Below are positions 1 through 9,420 of a DNA stretch of 64,000 bases, piece by piece. Numbering within the stretch: the stretch's first letter is position 1; each line of letters starts with the position of its first letter. A program made the translations under genes and the position numbers. The stretch is from an uncultured Actinomycetes bacterium. GTDB lineage: Bacteria; Actinomycetota; Thermoleophilia; UBA2241. The stretch spans positions 1-64,000 of the forward strand of contig CAVYCN010000012.1 in NCBI GenBank assembly GCA_963767005.1. Direction: 5' to 3'. Below the pieces are notes generated by a model that made no database searches, was not told the DNA's origin, and was given only the letters and a program-made list of their open reading frames with translations.

Positions 1-457
1 CTGGCTCAGTGAGCGTGCCCCGGTACGCGCGGATCTCGTCGGCCGACAGGTCGTCGACATAGGCCTTGCCGGCCCTGATGAGGTCGACGGCCCACTCGTA
101 GAGCTGCTCGAAGTAGTCGGAGGCGAAGTACAGACGGTCACCCCAGTCGTAGCCGAGCCAGCGGATGTCGGCCTGGATCGCGTCGATGTATTCCTGCTCC
201 TCTTTGGCCGGGTTGGTGTCGTCGAAACGCAGGTTGTAGTGGCCGCCGAACTCGTCGGCGATGCTGAAGCTGAGCCAGATCGCCTGGGCGTGGCCGATGT
301 GGAGGTAGCCGTTCGGCTCGGGCGGAAAGCGCGTGACGACCGTGTCGTAGCGGCCCTGACGCAGATCGGCCGCGACGATCTCGCGGATGAAGTCGCCGCG
401 CTCGGGCGGACCGGGCGTGGCGTCGCGCTCAGGGAGGATCGGCGTCTGGCTGCTCAC
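1..457 (-). CDS. glnS: glutamine--tRNA ligase, N-terminal part (runs off the window start)
   Basis: Not in the ORF track; translated by hand from GTG 457: ...[68 protein letters not shown], the GlnRS signature. Confidence 0.92.
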   Translation of the reverse strand, partial: MSSQTPILPERDATPGPPERGDFIREIVAADLRQGRYDTVVTRFPPEPNGYLHIGHAQAIWLSFSIADEFGGHYNLRFDDTNPAKEEQEYIDAIQADIRWLGYDWGDRLYFASDYFEQLYEWAVDLIRAGKAYVDDLSADEIRAYRGTLTEP

Positions 458-530
458 AGCGGCCGAGGATAGCACACGCGACGGCGCGACTGCTGCCGTG
501 CGGCGGCGCGGCGGCGCAACGAGCCCGGGC

Positions 531-731
531 TCACGCGGCGCAATACGCGGCGTCGCCCAGCGCGCAGAGCAGGTCGTCGGTCGACACGTAGATGCGCTCG
601 GGCAGGTCGAGCAGGGCGATCACGACGTCGCCCGGGCAGCCGCCGCCCGACGCGACGAAGCAGACGCGCCGCCTGTCCGCGGGAAAGGCGACCTCGCGCA
701 CGCAGAGCTCCAGTATGCCTCGGTCGACCAT
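531..731 (-). CDS. DUF2795-like small protein, Cys-rich (66 aa)
   Basis: [40 protein letters not shown]; aligns without gaps to the ORF at 13502-13696 (32/64 identical by hand count). Confidence 0.75.
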   Translation of the reverse strand: MVDRGILELCVREVAFPADRRRVCFVASGGGCPGDVVIALLDLPERIYVSTDDLLCALGDAAYCAA

Positions 732-802
732 ATCGCCCAGACTCTTACCCGCGTCGGCCCGCGGCGGATCCATGTCGGCCGGGCGCTCGCCGCCGCCCGC
801 TC

Positions 803-1336
803 CTAGGTCTCGGGGCCGCCCGGCCTGTTGAAGGGCAGACCGGCGGCGCCGAGCGTGTAGCGGTCGTACTCGGGCGGGAGCGGATCGGGCCGGCGGCTGA
901 CCACGAGGAATGAGCCGACCGCGAGCGCCGCGATCACGGCGCCGGAGCCCCACATGAGACCGCGCACGAGGGCCGGCGACGCCCAGGGCCGCGCCGGGCC
1001 GACCGCGAGCGTCCCCTGCCCCAGCACCCAGACGATCGCGCCGAGGAGAGACGCCACGAACAGCACCGTCCACCAGGCCGTGCGCGCGTGCGCAAGGACG
1101 ATCAGGCAGGCCGCGGCGAGCGCGAGCAACACCGACAGCTCCGCGACGTGCTGCGGCCAGGCGAGGGTCCACTGGACCCGGTCGGCGACGCCCTCGGGAA
1201 GGTGGTTCGTGCGATCGAACCGTACGTGAGCGGCTCGCAGGACGACTGTGCCCCAGACGGCGAAGACCGCCCAGGCCAGAAGCGCCGCGACGGTCACGAG
1301 CCGCGCCTTCGTACCGAGCCTCACGTTCATGGCCAT
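803..1336 (-). CDS. hypothetical membrane protein (about 4 TM)
   Basis: ATG 1336 after a GGGAGG RBS; four hydrophobic segments. Confidence 0.65.
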   Translation of the reverse strand: MAMNVRLGTKARLVTVAALLAWAVFAVWGTVVLRAAHVRFDRTNHLPEGVADRVQWTLAWPQHVAELSVLLALAAACLIVLAHARTAWWTVLFVASLLGAIVWVLGQGTLAVGPARPWASPALVRGLMWGSGAVIAALAVGSFLVVSRRPDPLPPEYDRYTLGAAGLPFNRPGGPET

Positions 1337-1550
1337 CCCGCTGTGACCTCCCCACTCGCGTGAAGCCCGCCGTGCACCGGTGCTCGAACGCGAGCGCCGC
1401 GGGCACGAACGTCGCGCCCTCCATGCTAGCCGCGTTCGAGAGCGCCGCAAGACCACCTGTGGCCTTGGGTGTACTACGAGCGACTAAAGCCATCGGGGCT
1501 TCCGCCCGATTATCCCTTCGAGTGGGTCGATAGCCGGAGGTTTCCTTATC

Positions 1551-4319
1551 GTGGCGGGCTTGCTGCTCGCGTTCGTCGTCTCGACCGTGGTCGCGGCCAT
1601 CATCTCCGCGGCGCTCGCGGTGCTGTCATGGCAGCGCCGAGGCGTGCCGGGCTCGCTCTTCTTCGCGGCGGTCATGGTCGGTACCACGGTCTGGTGCGTC
1701 GCCCACGTCGGCGAGCTCACCGCGCCGACGCTCGACACCAGGGCCCTCTTCAGCCGGTTCGCCTACCTCGGCATCGCGACGGTGCCCGCGAGCTGGTTCC
1801 TCTTCTGTCTGTCGTACTCCGGGCGGCTCAGGCGCCGGGTCGCGAGCACGGCGGCCATCTTCTACCTCATGCCGCTCGCCACCGTCGTCTTCGTCATGCT
1901 GAGCCCGTCCTTCCCGCTCGTCTGGTCGGCCGTGTGGCTCACCAGGATCGACGGGATCACGCTGCTCGTCGTGCGCCACGGCCCCTGGTTTTGGGTGCAC
2001 ACGGCCTACTGCTACGCCTGCCTCGTCATCGGCTCGACGCTGCTGCTCTCCTCGTTCCTGCGCCGCGTGCGCGTTCTCACCGGCCAGGGACTGACCCTCC
2101 TCCTCGCCGTCGCCCTGCCCCTCGCGGCCAACGTGGCGGGCGTGTTCCACCTGGTGCCCGCCGCCCTCGTCGCCCTCGACCCGACGTCGCCGGTCCTCGT
2201 CGCGAGCGGCCTGTGCGTAGTCGTCGCGCTCTGGCGCTTCGAGATGCTCGACGTGTTCCCCGGGCTCGTCACGACGGCTCGCGACACCGTCATCGGCGAG
2301 CTGCAGGACGGCGTTCTCGTGGTCGACGGCCACGGGCGTGTGCTCGACGCCAATCGCGCCGCCGGCGAGCTGCTCGGCACGACCGGCAGGTCGATGGTCG
2401 GCACGCCGCTGACGTCGCTGCTCGACGAGGGCAGCTCGACCCACGCGGCGCTGCGCGACCTCGATGCCACCGACGAGCGCCGGCTCGACGTGACCGTCCC
2501 GCGCGACGACGCCGGCCCCCGCCACGTCGAGATCGCCGTGTCCGCCCAGGGTTCGTCGCGGCACGCCGGCGGTCACGTCCTCGTGATGCGCGACATCACC
2601 CAGCGCGTTGCCGCCGAGCAGGCGCTGCGCGAGTCGAGCGAGCGCCTGCGCGTGCTCTTCGAGCAGTCGCCGGTCGGCGTCATGGTGTTCGACAGCGACC
2701 TCGTCGTGACCGAGTGCAACGAGCGCCTCGCAGCCGTCTTGCGCACGACACGCGAGCGCGTGCTCGGCCACTGCCTGTCGTCTGCCCCTCACCCCGGCCT
2801 GCTGCCGCTCTGCCGGGCCGCGCTCGAAGGGGAGACCTCCAACTACAACGGCCCTTACTCGTTCGGCCACAGCGGCGAGGAAGTGTGGCTGCAGGGCGGC
2901 GTCAGCCCGCTGCGCGACGACGCCGGCAAGACGACCGGCGGCATCGCCGTGCTCTGGGACATGACCCAGACGCGTCGCGCCGAGGAGCTCATCGAGCGGC
3001 TCGCCGTCACCGACGCCGTGACGGGGCTGCCCAACCGCACCATGTTCCGCGACCGGCTGAGCCAGGCGCTGGCCAATGCACGGCGTTCCTCGCGGCCCTG
3101 CGTGGTGGCGCTGGTCAATCTCGACCGTTTCAAGGCGGTGAACGAGGCGATCGGCCACGCCGCCGCCGACACCCTGCTGCAGGCTGTGGGACGCCGCCTG
3201 CAAGCCGGCACGCGCAGCGGCGACACCGTCGGCCGCTGGGGCGGCGACAAGTTCGCCATGCTTCTGCCCGAGCTCACCGGTGACGACGACGGCCTGACCG
3301 TCGCCGGGCGCCTGGCGGGCTGCTTCACGGCGCCCTGGCTGATCGACGGTCACGAGCTGTGGCTCACCGCCAGCGTGGGTCTCGCGATCGCCCCGAGCGA
3401 CGGCGACCACGCGCAGATGCTGCTCGAGAACGCCGAGGCGGCGATGGACGCCGCCCGCAAGCTGGGCGGCAACTGTCACCAGTTCTACGCGCCCGAGATG
3501 AACGCTCGCGTCGACGACCGGGTGGCGCTCACGAGCGCGCTCCACCGCGCTTGCGAGGAGCACCAGTTCGTCGTCCACTACCAGCCCCAGATCGAGCTGT
3601 CCAGCATGCGCGTGGTCGGCTGCGAGGCCCTCGTGCGCTGGCTGCATCCCGAGCGCGGCCTCATGCCGCCCGGCCTCTTCATCCCGCTCGCCGAGGAGAC
3701 CGGCCTGATGCGCCCCATCGGCGAGTGGGTCCTGCGCCAGGCCTGCACGCAGGCGGCCGCCTGGGAGGCGACCCACGGCAAGGGCATCCGCATGGCGGTC
3801 AACCTCTCCGCCAGGCAGTTCCAGCAGCGCGGCTTGGTCGAGGCCGTCGACGACGCCCTCACGCGCTCGGGGCTACCGCCCCGGTTGCTCGAGCTCGAGC
3901 TCACCGAGACCTCGATCATGGCCGACCCCCAGGGCGCCGCCCGCACGCTGCGCGAGATCGCCGCGATGGGCGTCAGCGTCGCGCTCGACGATTTTGGCAC
4001 CGGCTACTCGTCGCTCACCTTCCTGCGCCAGCTACCCATCAACCGGCTGAAGATCGACCGCTCGTTCGTGAGCTCGCTGCCCGATGACGCCGACGACTGC
4101 GCGATCGCCGTCGCGGTGATCGACCTCGCGCGCAACCTCGGCCTCGACGTCATCGGCGAAGGCGTCGAGACCTGGGACCAGGTCCGCTTCCTGCACGGCA
4201 AGGGTTGTCACGAGGTCCAGGGCTTTCTCTTCAGCAAGCCCGAGCCGCCCGACACGATCGTCCTCACGCCCGACCCAAGCGGTCTACGAGCCAACCTGAA
4301 GGCGATCGGCAAGAGCTGA
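1551..4319 (+). CDS. HisKA_7TM-like sensor + PAS + PAS + degenerate GGDEF + EAL c-di-GMP signalling protein
   Basis: About 7 TM N-terminus; PAS motifs (DGVLVVD..N, RDIT); TGLPNR, GGDKF; EAL motifs HYQPQ, EAL, ELTET, DDFGTGYSS, LKIDRSF, EGVET, QGF. Confidence 0.93.
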   Translation: MAGLLLAFVVSTVVAAIISAALAVLSWQRRGVPGSLFFAAVMVGTTVWCVAHVGELTAPTLDTRALFSRFAYLGIATVPASWFLFCLSYSGRLRRRVASTAAIFYLMPLATVVFVMLSPSFPLVWSAVWLTRIDGITLLVVRHGPWFWVHTAYCYACLVIGSTLLLSSFLRRVRVLTGQGLTLLLAVALPLAANVAGVFHLVPAALVALDPTSPVLVASGLCVVVALWRFEMLDVFPGLVTTARDTVIGELQDGVLVVDGHGRVLDANRAAGELLGTTGRSMVGTPLTSLLDEGSSTHAALRDLDATDERRLDVTVPRDDAGPRHVEIAVSAQGSSRHAGGHVLVMRDITQRVAAEQALRESSERLRVLFEQSPVGVMVFDSDLVVTECNERLAAVLRTTRERVLGHCLSSAPHPGLLPLCRAALEGETSNYNGPYSFGHSGEEVWLQGGVSPLRDDAGKTTGGIAVLWDMTQTRRAEELIERLAVTDAVTGLPNRTMFRDRLSQALANARRSSRPCVVALVNLDRFKAVNEAIGHAAADTLLQAVGRRLQAGTRSGDTVGRWGGDKFAMLLPELTGDDDGLTVAGRLAGCFTAPWLIDGHELWLTASVGLAIAPSDGDHAQMLLENAEAAMDAARKLGGNCHQFYAPEMNARVDDRVALTSALHRACEEHQFVVHYQPQIELSSMRVVGCEALVRWLHPERGLMPPGLFIPLAEETGLMRPIGEWVLRQACTQAAAWEATHGKGIRMAVNLSARQFQQRGLVEAVDDALTRSGLPPRLLELELTETSIMADPQGAARTLREIAAMGVSVALDDFGTGYSSLTFLRQLPINRLKIDRSFVSSLPDDADDCAIAVAVIDLARNLGLDVIGEGVETWDQVRFLHGKGCHEVQGFLFSKPEPPDTIVLTPDPSGLRANLKAIGKS

Positions 4320-4361
4320 CCGGCGCGGGCGCGCCGCGCCACTCGCCGAGCCTGATCGGCC

Positions 4362-4414
4362 GCCGCATCCCCGCCGCAGCCCGACCGGGCCGCGTCCCCG
4401 CCGCAGCCCGACCG
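4362..4414. repeat. 27-bp-period tandem duplication, 2 copies
   Basis: GCCGC(A/G)TCCCCGCCGCAGCCCGACCG at 4362 and 4389. Confidence 0.7.
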
Positions 4415-4444
4415 CCAGCCACATCTACGTCGGCGGCGCGTAGT

Positions 4445-5392
4445 ATGAAGGCCATGAAGCCGTCAGGAGCTTTCGAGCCGGACAACGCCCGCTCGCGCCC
4501 CCGTCCACGCCGGCGGCGCGGCGAGCGCGGCGCGGGGCTGCTCACGCGTCGGGAGCTCCTCCTCGGCGGCGGCGCCCTGCTCACCCTGGCGGCGATCGAG
4601 ACTTTCGAGCACACTCGCATCGGCGCCGACATCGTCCCCGGCCACCCGCTGGGCCACTCCGGCACGAGCGTCGTCTATCGCTCGTTCCGCTCCCGGGTGC
4701 TGGGGAGCGACGTCGCGTACGGCATCGCCTGGCCACCCGGCGTCGCGCCCGGCTCCCGCCTGCCCGTATGTTTCGGCCTGCCCGGACGGGGAGCGGGGCC
4801 GCCATCCGTGCTCGGCTTCCTGGCCGACTTCCTGACCGAGATCGTCGACGGCGGCGCGCGGCCCTTCGCGCTCGCCTCGGTCGACGGCGGCCAGAGCTAC
4901 TGGCATCGCCGGGTGACCGGCGAGGACCGCATGGCCATGCTCATCGAGGAGTTCGTGCCGCTGTGTGAGGACCGTTACCGGTTGGGCGGCTCACGCTCAC
5001 GCCGCGCCGGCATGGGTTGGTCGATGGGCGGCTACGGCGTGCTCCTGGCGACCGAGACCTATCCCGAGCTGTTCTCGTCGGTCGTGGCGACGAGCCCCGC
5101 CATCTGGCCCACCTATCAGGACATGATGAACGGCCCGCGCGACGCCTTCGACAGCGCCGCCGACTTCGCCGCCCACGACGTCATCGGCCACGCCGCCCGG
5201 CTCGCCGGCACGCCGCTGCTCGTCGAATGCGGCACGGCCGATCCCTTCTACCCCTTCGTGCGCGACCTCTGTGCGGTGCTGCCGGCCGGCGCCCGTTACC
5301 ACTTTCTGCCGGGCGGCGGTCACGACTTCAAGTCGTGGGGCAAGTTCCAGCCCGGCGCGCTGCGCTTCGTGGCACGGCACTTCGGGGGCTGA
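4445..5392 (+). CDS. putative exported esterase, alpha/beta hydrolase
   Basis: GWSMGG nucleophile elbow, CGTADPF acid, GGGH His; LTRRELL twin-arginine-like motif followed by a hydrophobic stretch. Exact start uncertain. Confidence 0.8.
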   Translation: MKAMKPSGAFEPDNARSRPRPRRRRGERGAGLLTRRELLLGGGALLTLAAIETFEHTRIGADIVPGHPLGHSGTSVVYRSFRSRVLGSDVAYGIAWPPGVAPGSRLPVCFGLPGRGAGPPSVLGFLADFLTEIVDGGARPFALASVDGGQSYWHRRVTGEDRMAMLIEEFVPLCEDRYRLGGSRSRRAGMGWSMGGYGVLLATETYPELFSSVVATSPAIWPTYQDMMNGPRDAFDSAADFAAHDVIGHAARLAGTPLLVECGTADPFYPFVRDLCAVLPAGARYHFLPGGGHDFKSWGKFQPGALRFVARHFGG

Positions 5393-5513
5393 GAACGGTA
5401 GGTCCGGATCGCGGCGGCCGCGCCAGCAGGGCGCTCGCCCAACTCAAGGCGCAACGCCCGCCGCGTTTGAGATGGCGACGTATGCCGCGCTCAGACGAGG
5501 GCGCTTGCCGAAC

Positions 5514-7445
5514 TCAGACCGTCTGGTCGACGGGCAGCGGCGGGCCCAGCTTGCCCGGCCGCTGGGCCGGGTGCGAGTGGCGGCCCTCCTCGGCCGCGCT
5601 GCGCTGGCGGGCCTTCTGGTCTTTGGCGGCAAAGACCTCCTCGGCCGGGGTGCCGCCAAGCAGCGCCTCGAACTCCTCGCGTTCGATCGTCTCGCGCTCG
5701 ATCAGGATGGCGGCCACGCTGTCGAGCTGGCTGCGATGCTCGCCCAGCACGCCGCGGGCACGCTCGTGGGCATCGGCGATGATGCGCCTGATCTCCTCGT
5801 CGATCGCGCGGGCGATCTCCTCGGAGTAGTCGGGCTCCTGGTTGAAGTCTCTACCTAGGAAGGGCATCGCCTGGTTGTGGCCCAAGGTGCGCGGCCCGAG
5901 CAGCTCGCTCATGCCGTAGCGCATGATCATCTGCTTGGCGGTGTCGGTGGCCTTCTCCAAGTCGTTGGCGGCCCCGGTCGTGATCTCGGCAAAGACGATC
6001 TCCTCGGCGGCCCGGCCGCCCAGGGTCATCGCCAGGGTGTCGTTTAACTCGCCCATCGTGGTCAGGAACTTATCCTCGGAGGGCAGCGAGATGGTAAAGC
6101 CCAAGGCGGCGCCGCGGGAGACGATCGAGATCTTGTGGACCGGGTCGGTGTGTTCCAGGTAGTGGGCCACCAGGGCGTGGCCCATCTCGTGGTAGGCGGT
6201 GATGCGGCGCTCGCGCTCGGAGAGCAGGCGGCTCTTCTTCTCGGGGCCGGCCAGCACGCGCATGATGCCCTCTTCGCACTCGGCCTGATCGATCGTCTTG
6301 CGGCCGTGCCGTGCGGCCAGCAGGGCGGCCTCGTTGACCAAGTTGGCCAGATCGGCGCCGGTGAAGCCCGGGGTCTGGGCGGCCAGGGTGTCGAAGTCCA
6401 CGCCCTTGGCCAGCGGCTTACCGCGGGTGTGGACGGCAAGGATCGCCTGCCTTCCGATGCGGTCGGGGCGATCGACCACGATCTGGCGGTCGAAGCGGCC
6501 CGGGCGCAGCAGGGCGGGGTCCAAGATGTCGGGGCGGTTGGTGGCGGCGATCAGGATGATGTTGTCCTTCATCTCAAAGCCGTCCATCTCGACCAGGAGC
6601 TGGTTCAGGGTCTGCTCGCGCTCGTCGTTACCGCCGCCAAAGCCGGCGCCTCTGTGGCGCCCGACGGCGTCGATCTCGTCCATGAAGACGATGCAGGGGC
6701 TCTGCGCCTTGGCCTGGGCAAAGAGGTCCCTGACCCGCGAGGCGCCGACCCCGACGAACATCTCGACGAAGTCGGAGCCGGAGATGGAAAAGAAGGGCAC
6801 CCCGGCCTCACCGGCCACGGCGCGGGCCAGCAGCGTCTTGCCGGTGCCGGGCGGGCCGTAGAGCAGCACGCCCTTGGGGATGCGGGCGCCGAGCTGCTGG
6901 AACTTGCGCGGGTTCTCTAAGAACTCCTTGATCTCCTGGAGCTCCTCGACGGTCTCGTCGATGCCGGCCACATCGGCGAAGGTCACCTTGGGGGCATCGG
7001 GGGAGACCTGGCGGGCACGCGACCGCGCGAACTTCATGGCCTGCGAGCCGGGCCCCTGCATGCGGCGCATGGTGAAGTACCACACGCCGATCAGGATGAG
7101 CACGACGAACGGATACCAGAGCCACCCGGCCCACGAGGTGCCGCCGCTCTTGGCGGTGACGGCCACGCCGGGGTGAGCGGCGAGCAGCTGGGCGAGCAGC
7201 GTCGAGTCGGGGTAGGAGATCGTGTAGGGGGTGCCGCCGGCCGGGATCACGGCGATCGTCTGGGCGCTGGTGTCGACGGTGACGGAGCGCACCCGGCCGG
7301 CCTGGAGCTGGCCGACGAAGCTCGACGACCCGCCCTGGTAGGTGTGGTGCGTCTGACCGCCGCGGTGCATGAACAGCAGCGATGCGACGACCGCGACGAC
7401 CACGATCGTCAGCAAGGGCAGCAGAAGACGCCGGTTTTTCATCAT
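5514..7445 (-). CDS. ftsH: ATP-dependent zinc metalloprotease FtsH
   Basis: Two N-terminal TMs, [50 protein letters not shown]. Confidence 0.97.
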   Translation of the reverse strand: MMKNRRLLLPLLTIVVVAVVASLLFMHRGGQTHHTYQGGSSSFVGQLQAGRVRSVTVDTSAQTIAVIPAGGTPYTISYPDSTLLAQLLAAHPGVAVTAKSGGTSWAGWLWYPFVVLILIGVWYFTMRRMQGPGSQAMKFARSRARQVSPDAPKVTFADVAGIDETVEELQEIKEFLENPRKFQQLGARIPKGVLLYGPPGTGKTLLARAVAGEAGVPFFSISGSDFVEMFVGVGASRVRDLFAQAKAQSPCIVFMDEIDAVGRHRGAGFGGGNDEREQTLNQLLVEMDGFEMKDNIILIAATNRPDILDPALLRPGRFDRQIVVDRPDRIGRQAILAVHTRGKPLAKGVDFDTLAAQTPGFTGADLANLVNEAALLAARHGRKTIDQAECEEGIMRVLAGPEKKSRLLSERERRITAYHEMGHALVAHYLEHTDPVHKISIVSRGAALGFTISLPSEDKFLTTMGELNDTLAMTLGGRAAEEIVFAEITTGAANDLEKATDTAKQMIMRYGMSELLGPRTLGHNQAMPFLGRDFNQEPDYSEEIARAIDEEIRRIIADAHERARGVLGEHRSQLDSVAAILIERETIEREEFEALLGGTPAEEVFAAKDQKARQRSAAEEGRHSHPAQRPGKLGPPLPVDQTV

Positions 7446-7567
7446 CGAGCTACGCTCCGTCCGGAGAGACGTCGCTGGGTGGGGCAGCATCCATTGTCGC
7501 TCCGCGCGCCCCCACGGGCAAGCCCGGTCATCGAGGGCTGCGCGGCGGGCGGCCGCCGCGCAGCGCC

Positions 7568-7753
7568 CTACATCTTGAGCCAGTGCAGCAGGCCATACAC
7601 CAGGTAGGCCGGCCAGACTACGGCCTGGAAGACGCCGTAGGCGCCATCCCAGAACGAGTGCGCGCTCTGAATGAAGTACACGAGCGCGCCGATCAGGCCG
7701 AGTCCGTACACCGCTCCGCCGGCGCCGCCGCGGCCCCTCTTGCCGTCTGCCAT
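7568..7753 (-). CDS. small hypothetical membrane protein (61 aa)
   Basis: GGAG RBS; two hydrophobic segments (AVYGLGLIGALVYFI, VFQAVVWPAYLVY). Confidence 0.75.
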   Translation of the reverse strand: MADGKRGRGGAGGAVYGLGLIGALVYFIQSAHSFWDGAYGVFQAVVWPAYLVYGLLHWLKM

Positions 7754-7821
7754 CGTCGCTCCTCGATCGGATGTCGTGCGGTCCCAACCTACCAGAAGGT
7801 CGTCGTCGCAGCGCCGCAGAC

Positions 7822-7849
7822 TCTCAGAAAGCTCTCAGCTACCCCCCAG
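7822..7849 (+). promoter_or_regulatory. OmpR-family-type direct repeat TCTCAG-N5-TCTCAG(-N5-CCCCAG), MprA-box-like
   Basis: Hexamers at 7822, 7833 and 7844 (11-bp period) in the divergent intergenic region. Confidence 0.5.
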
Positions 7850-7883
7850 AAGGCCCTCAATCACACCCGGCATACTGGGTCCC

Positions 7884-9317
7884 GTGAACTGGAGCCGGAC
7901 ACCCGTCAGGGCGCGCTCGCGCACGCCGCGCCTGCGCGCCGAGATCATCGTCGCCGCGCTGGTCTTCGCCGCCTTCTGCGCCGTCGCGCTGTCGCGGACG
8001 GCGCAGATGCTCGAGCCCGACGACTACGCCTATCGCGCCTCGATCGTCGCCCTCACGCACGGCCATCTCGTGCTCACCACGGCCCAGTACAACGCCCTCA
8101 ACACGCAGCTCGCCGCGAGCGGCGGCCAGGGCATCTCCCAGTGGACTCGCCTCGCCTCGGGCCTCTGGATCAGCGAAAAGAACCCGGGGTACCCGTTCTT
8201 CGCCGTCGCCTTCTACCTGCTCGGCATCCTGCGGATCACCCCGCTCTTCTACGGGGCGCTCGCCTGCGCCGGGCTGTTCGTCGGCGCCCGGCGCTGGCTC
8301 GGTCGCTGGGGCGGCGTCTGGGCGGTCGTGCTCTACTGCACCTCGGGCGCCGCGCTCGTCTTCGCTTGGCGCTCGACCATGCCGTCGTTCAGCGACGCCT
8401 CGCTGATCGCCGCCGGCGCCGGCTGCCTGCTGTGGACGATGCTCGCCCGCGACGCGAGCGCGCGGCGCCGGCTGATCGTCGGGCTGCTCGCCCTGCTCGC
8501 CATCGACGGCGCCGTCTTCATGCGCTACACCAACGTCATCGAGCTCGCGGTCGCGGTCGTCACGGTGGTCCTCCTGCACCGGCTCGCCGCCGTGCCGCGC
8601 CGCACGCTGCTCGTCTGGCTGGCCTCGGTCGCGCTGTTCTCGGCCGGACTGCTGACCTTCAACCGCCTCGTCTACGGCTCCGCCTTCTCCACGGGCTACT
8701 CGACCGGCGAGATCACGTTCGCCTTCTCGGCGATCCTGCCGAACCTGAAGATCATGCCCGCCCATTTGCTGCGCGCCATGCCGATGCTCGTGCTGGGCCT
8801 GGCCGCCGCGGTCTGGATAGGAGCGCGCCTGCTGCCTGGTCTGCGTCGGCCCCGCCTCGCAGCCGAGGACCGCCCTGTCGCGGCCGACGCCCGCCCCGCG
8901 GCCGACGCAGGCCCCGCCGCGTCCGAGGCGCGCCGCGACGCACTCATCGCGGCGGTGCTGCTCGCCGGCTGGCTGGGGCTGTGGGCCCTCTATGCCGCCT
9001 ACACCTGGACAGAACAGATGGGCGGCGGCGGCGCGGGTCAGACCGTGCATGTCGTACGCTTCTACCTGCCGGCAATCGGCCTGATCGCGCTCCTCGGCGC
9101 CTGGCTGCTCGCCCGCCTGCCGCGCCGTCTGCCGCCGGTCGCGCTCGTGGCCGTGGCCGTGCTCGGGGTGCTCTCGTTCCAGAGCATGGCCACCCAGAGC
9201 GTGGGCGGTGGCGGGCAGCCCGGCAGGTTCGCCGCGCCGGGCGGCTCGAGCCTGCCGCAGGCTACGGGCGGCGGCCAGCCGGCGTCCGCGCCCGGCGCCA
9301 GCCAGCCGGCGAGCTGA
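7884..9317 (+). CDS. polytopic membrane protein, GT-C (PMT/ArnT-like) glycosyltransferase-like
   Basis: About 12 TMs; acidic EPDD motif after TM1, KNPGYP loop, FMRYTN; GTG start in frame with the long ORF. Confidence 0.6.
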   Translation: MNWSRTPVRARSRTPRLRAEIIVAALVFAAFCAVALSRTAQMLEPDDYAYRASIVALTHGHLVLTTAQYNALNTQLAASGGQGISQWTRLASGLWISEKNPGYPFFAVAFYLLGILRITPLFYGALACAGLFVGARRWLGRWGGVWAVVLYCTSGAALVFAWRSTMPSFSDASLIAAGAGCLLWTMLARDASARRRLIVGLLALLAIDGAVFMRYTNVIELAVAVVTVVLLHRLAAVPRRTLLVWLASVALFSAGLLTFNRLVYGSAFSTGYSTGEITFAFSAILPNLKIMPAHLLRAMPMLVLGLAAAVWIGARLLPGLRRPRLAAEDRPVAADARPAADAGPAASEARRDALIAAVLLAGWLGLWALYAAYTWTEQMGGGGAGQTVHVVRFYLPAIGLIALLGAWLLARLPRRLPPVALVAVAVLGVLSFQSMATQSVGGGGQPGRFAAPGGSSLPQATGGGQPASAPGASQPAS

Positions 9318-9420
9318 GCAGCGCGAACCCGGACAGGTCGACCGCCGGACATACCCCGCCTACGCGACGCGCCCGGGTCGCGGCCACAGCCGCGACCCGG
9401 GCGCGTAAGCAAGCGAAGCG

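Noticed and set aside
4362-4414. 27-bp duplication, and the 14-bp duplication near 33070, as functional elements
   Set aside because: Two-copy GC-rich slippage-type duplications with no further copies or motif.
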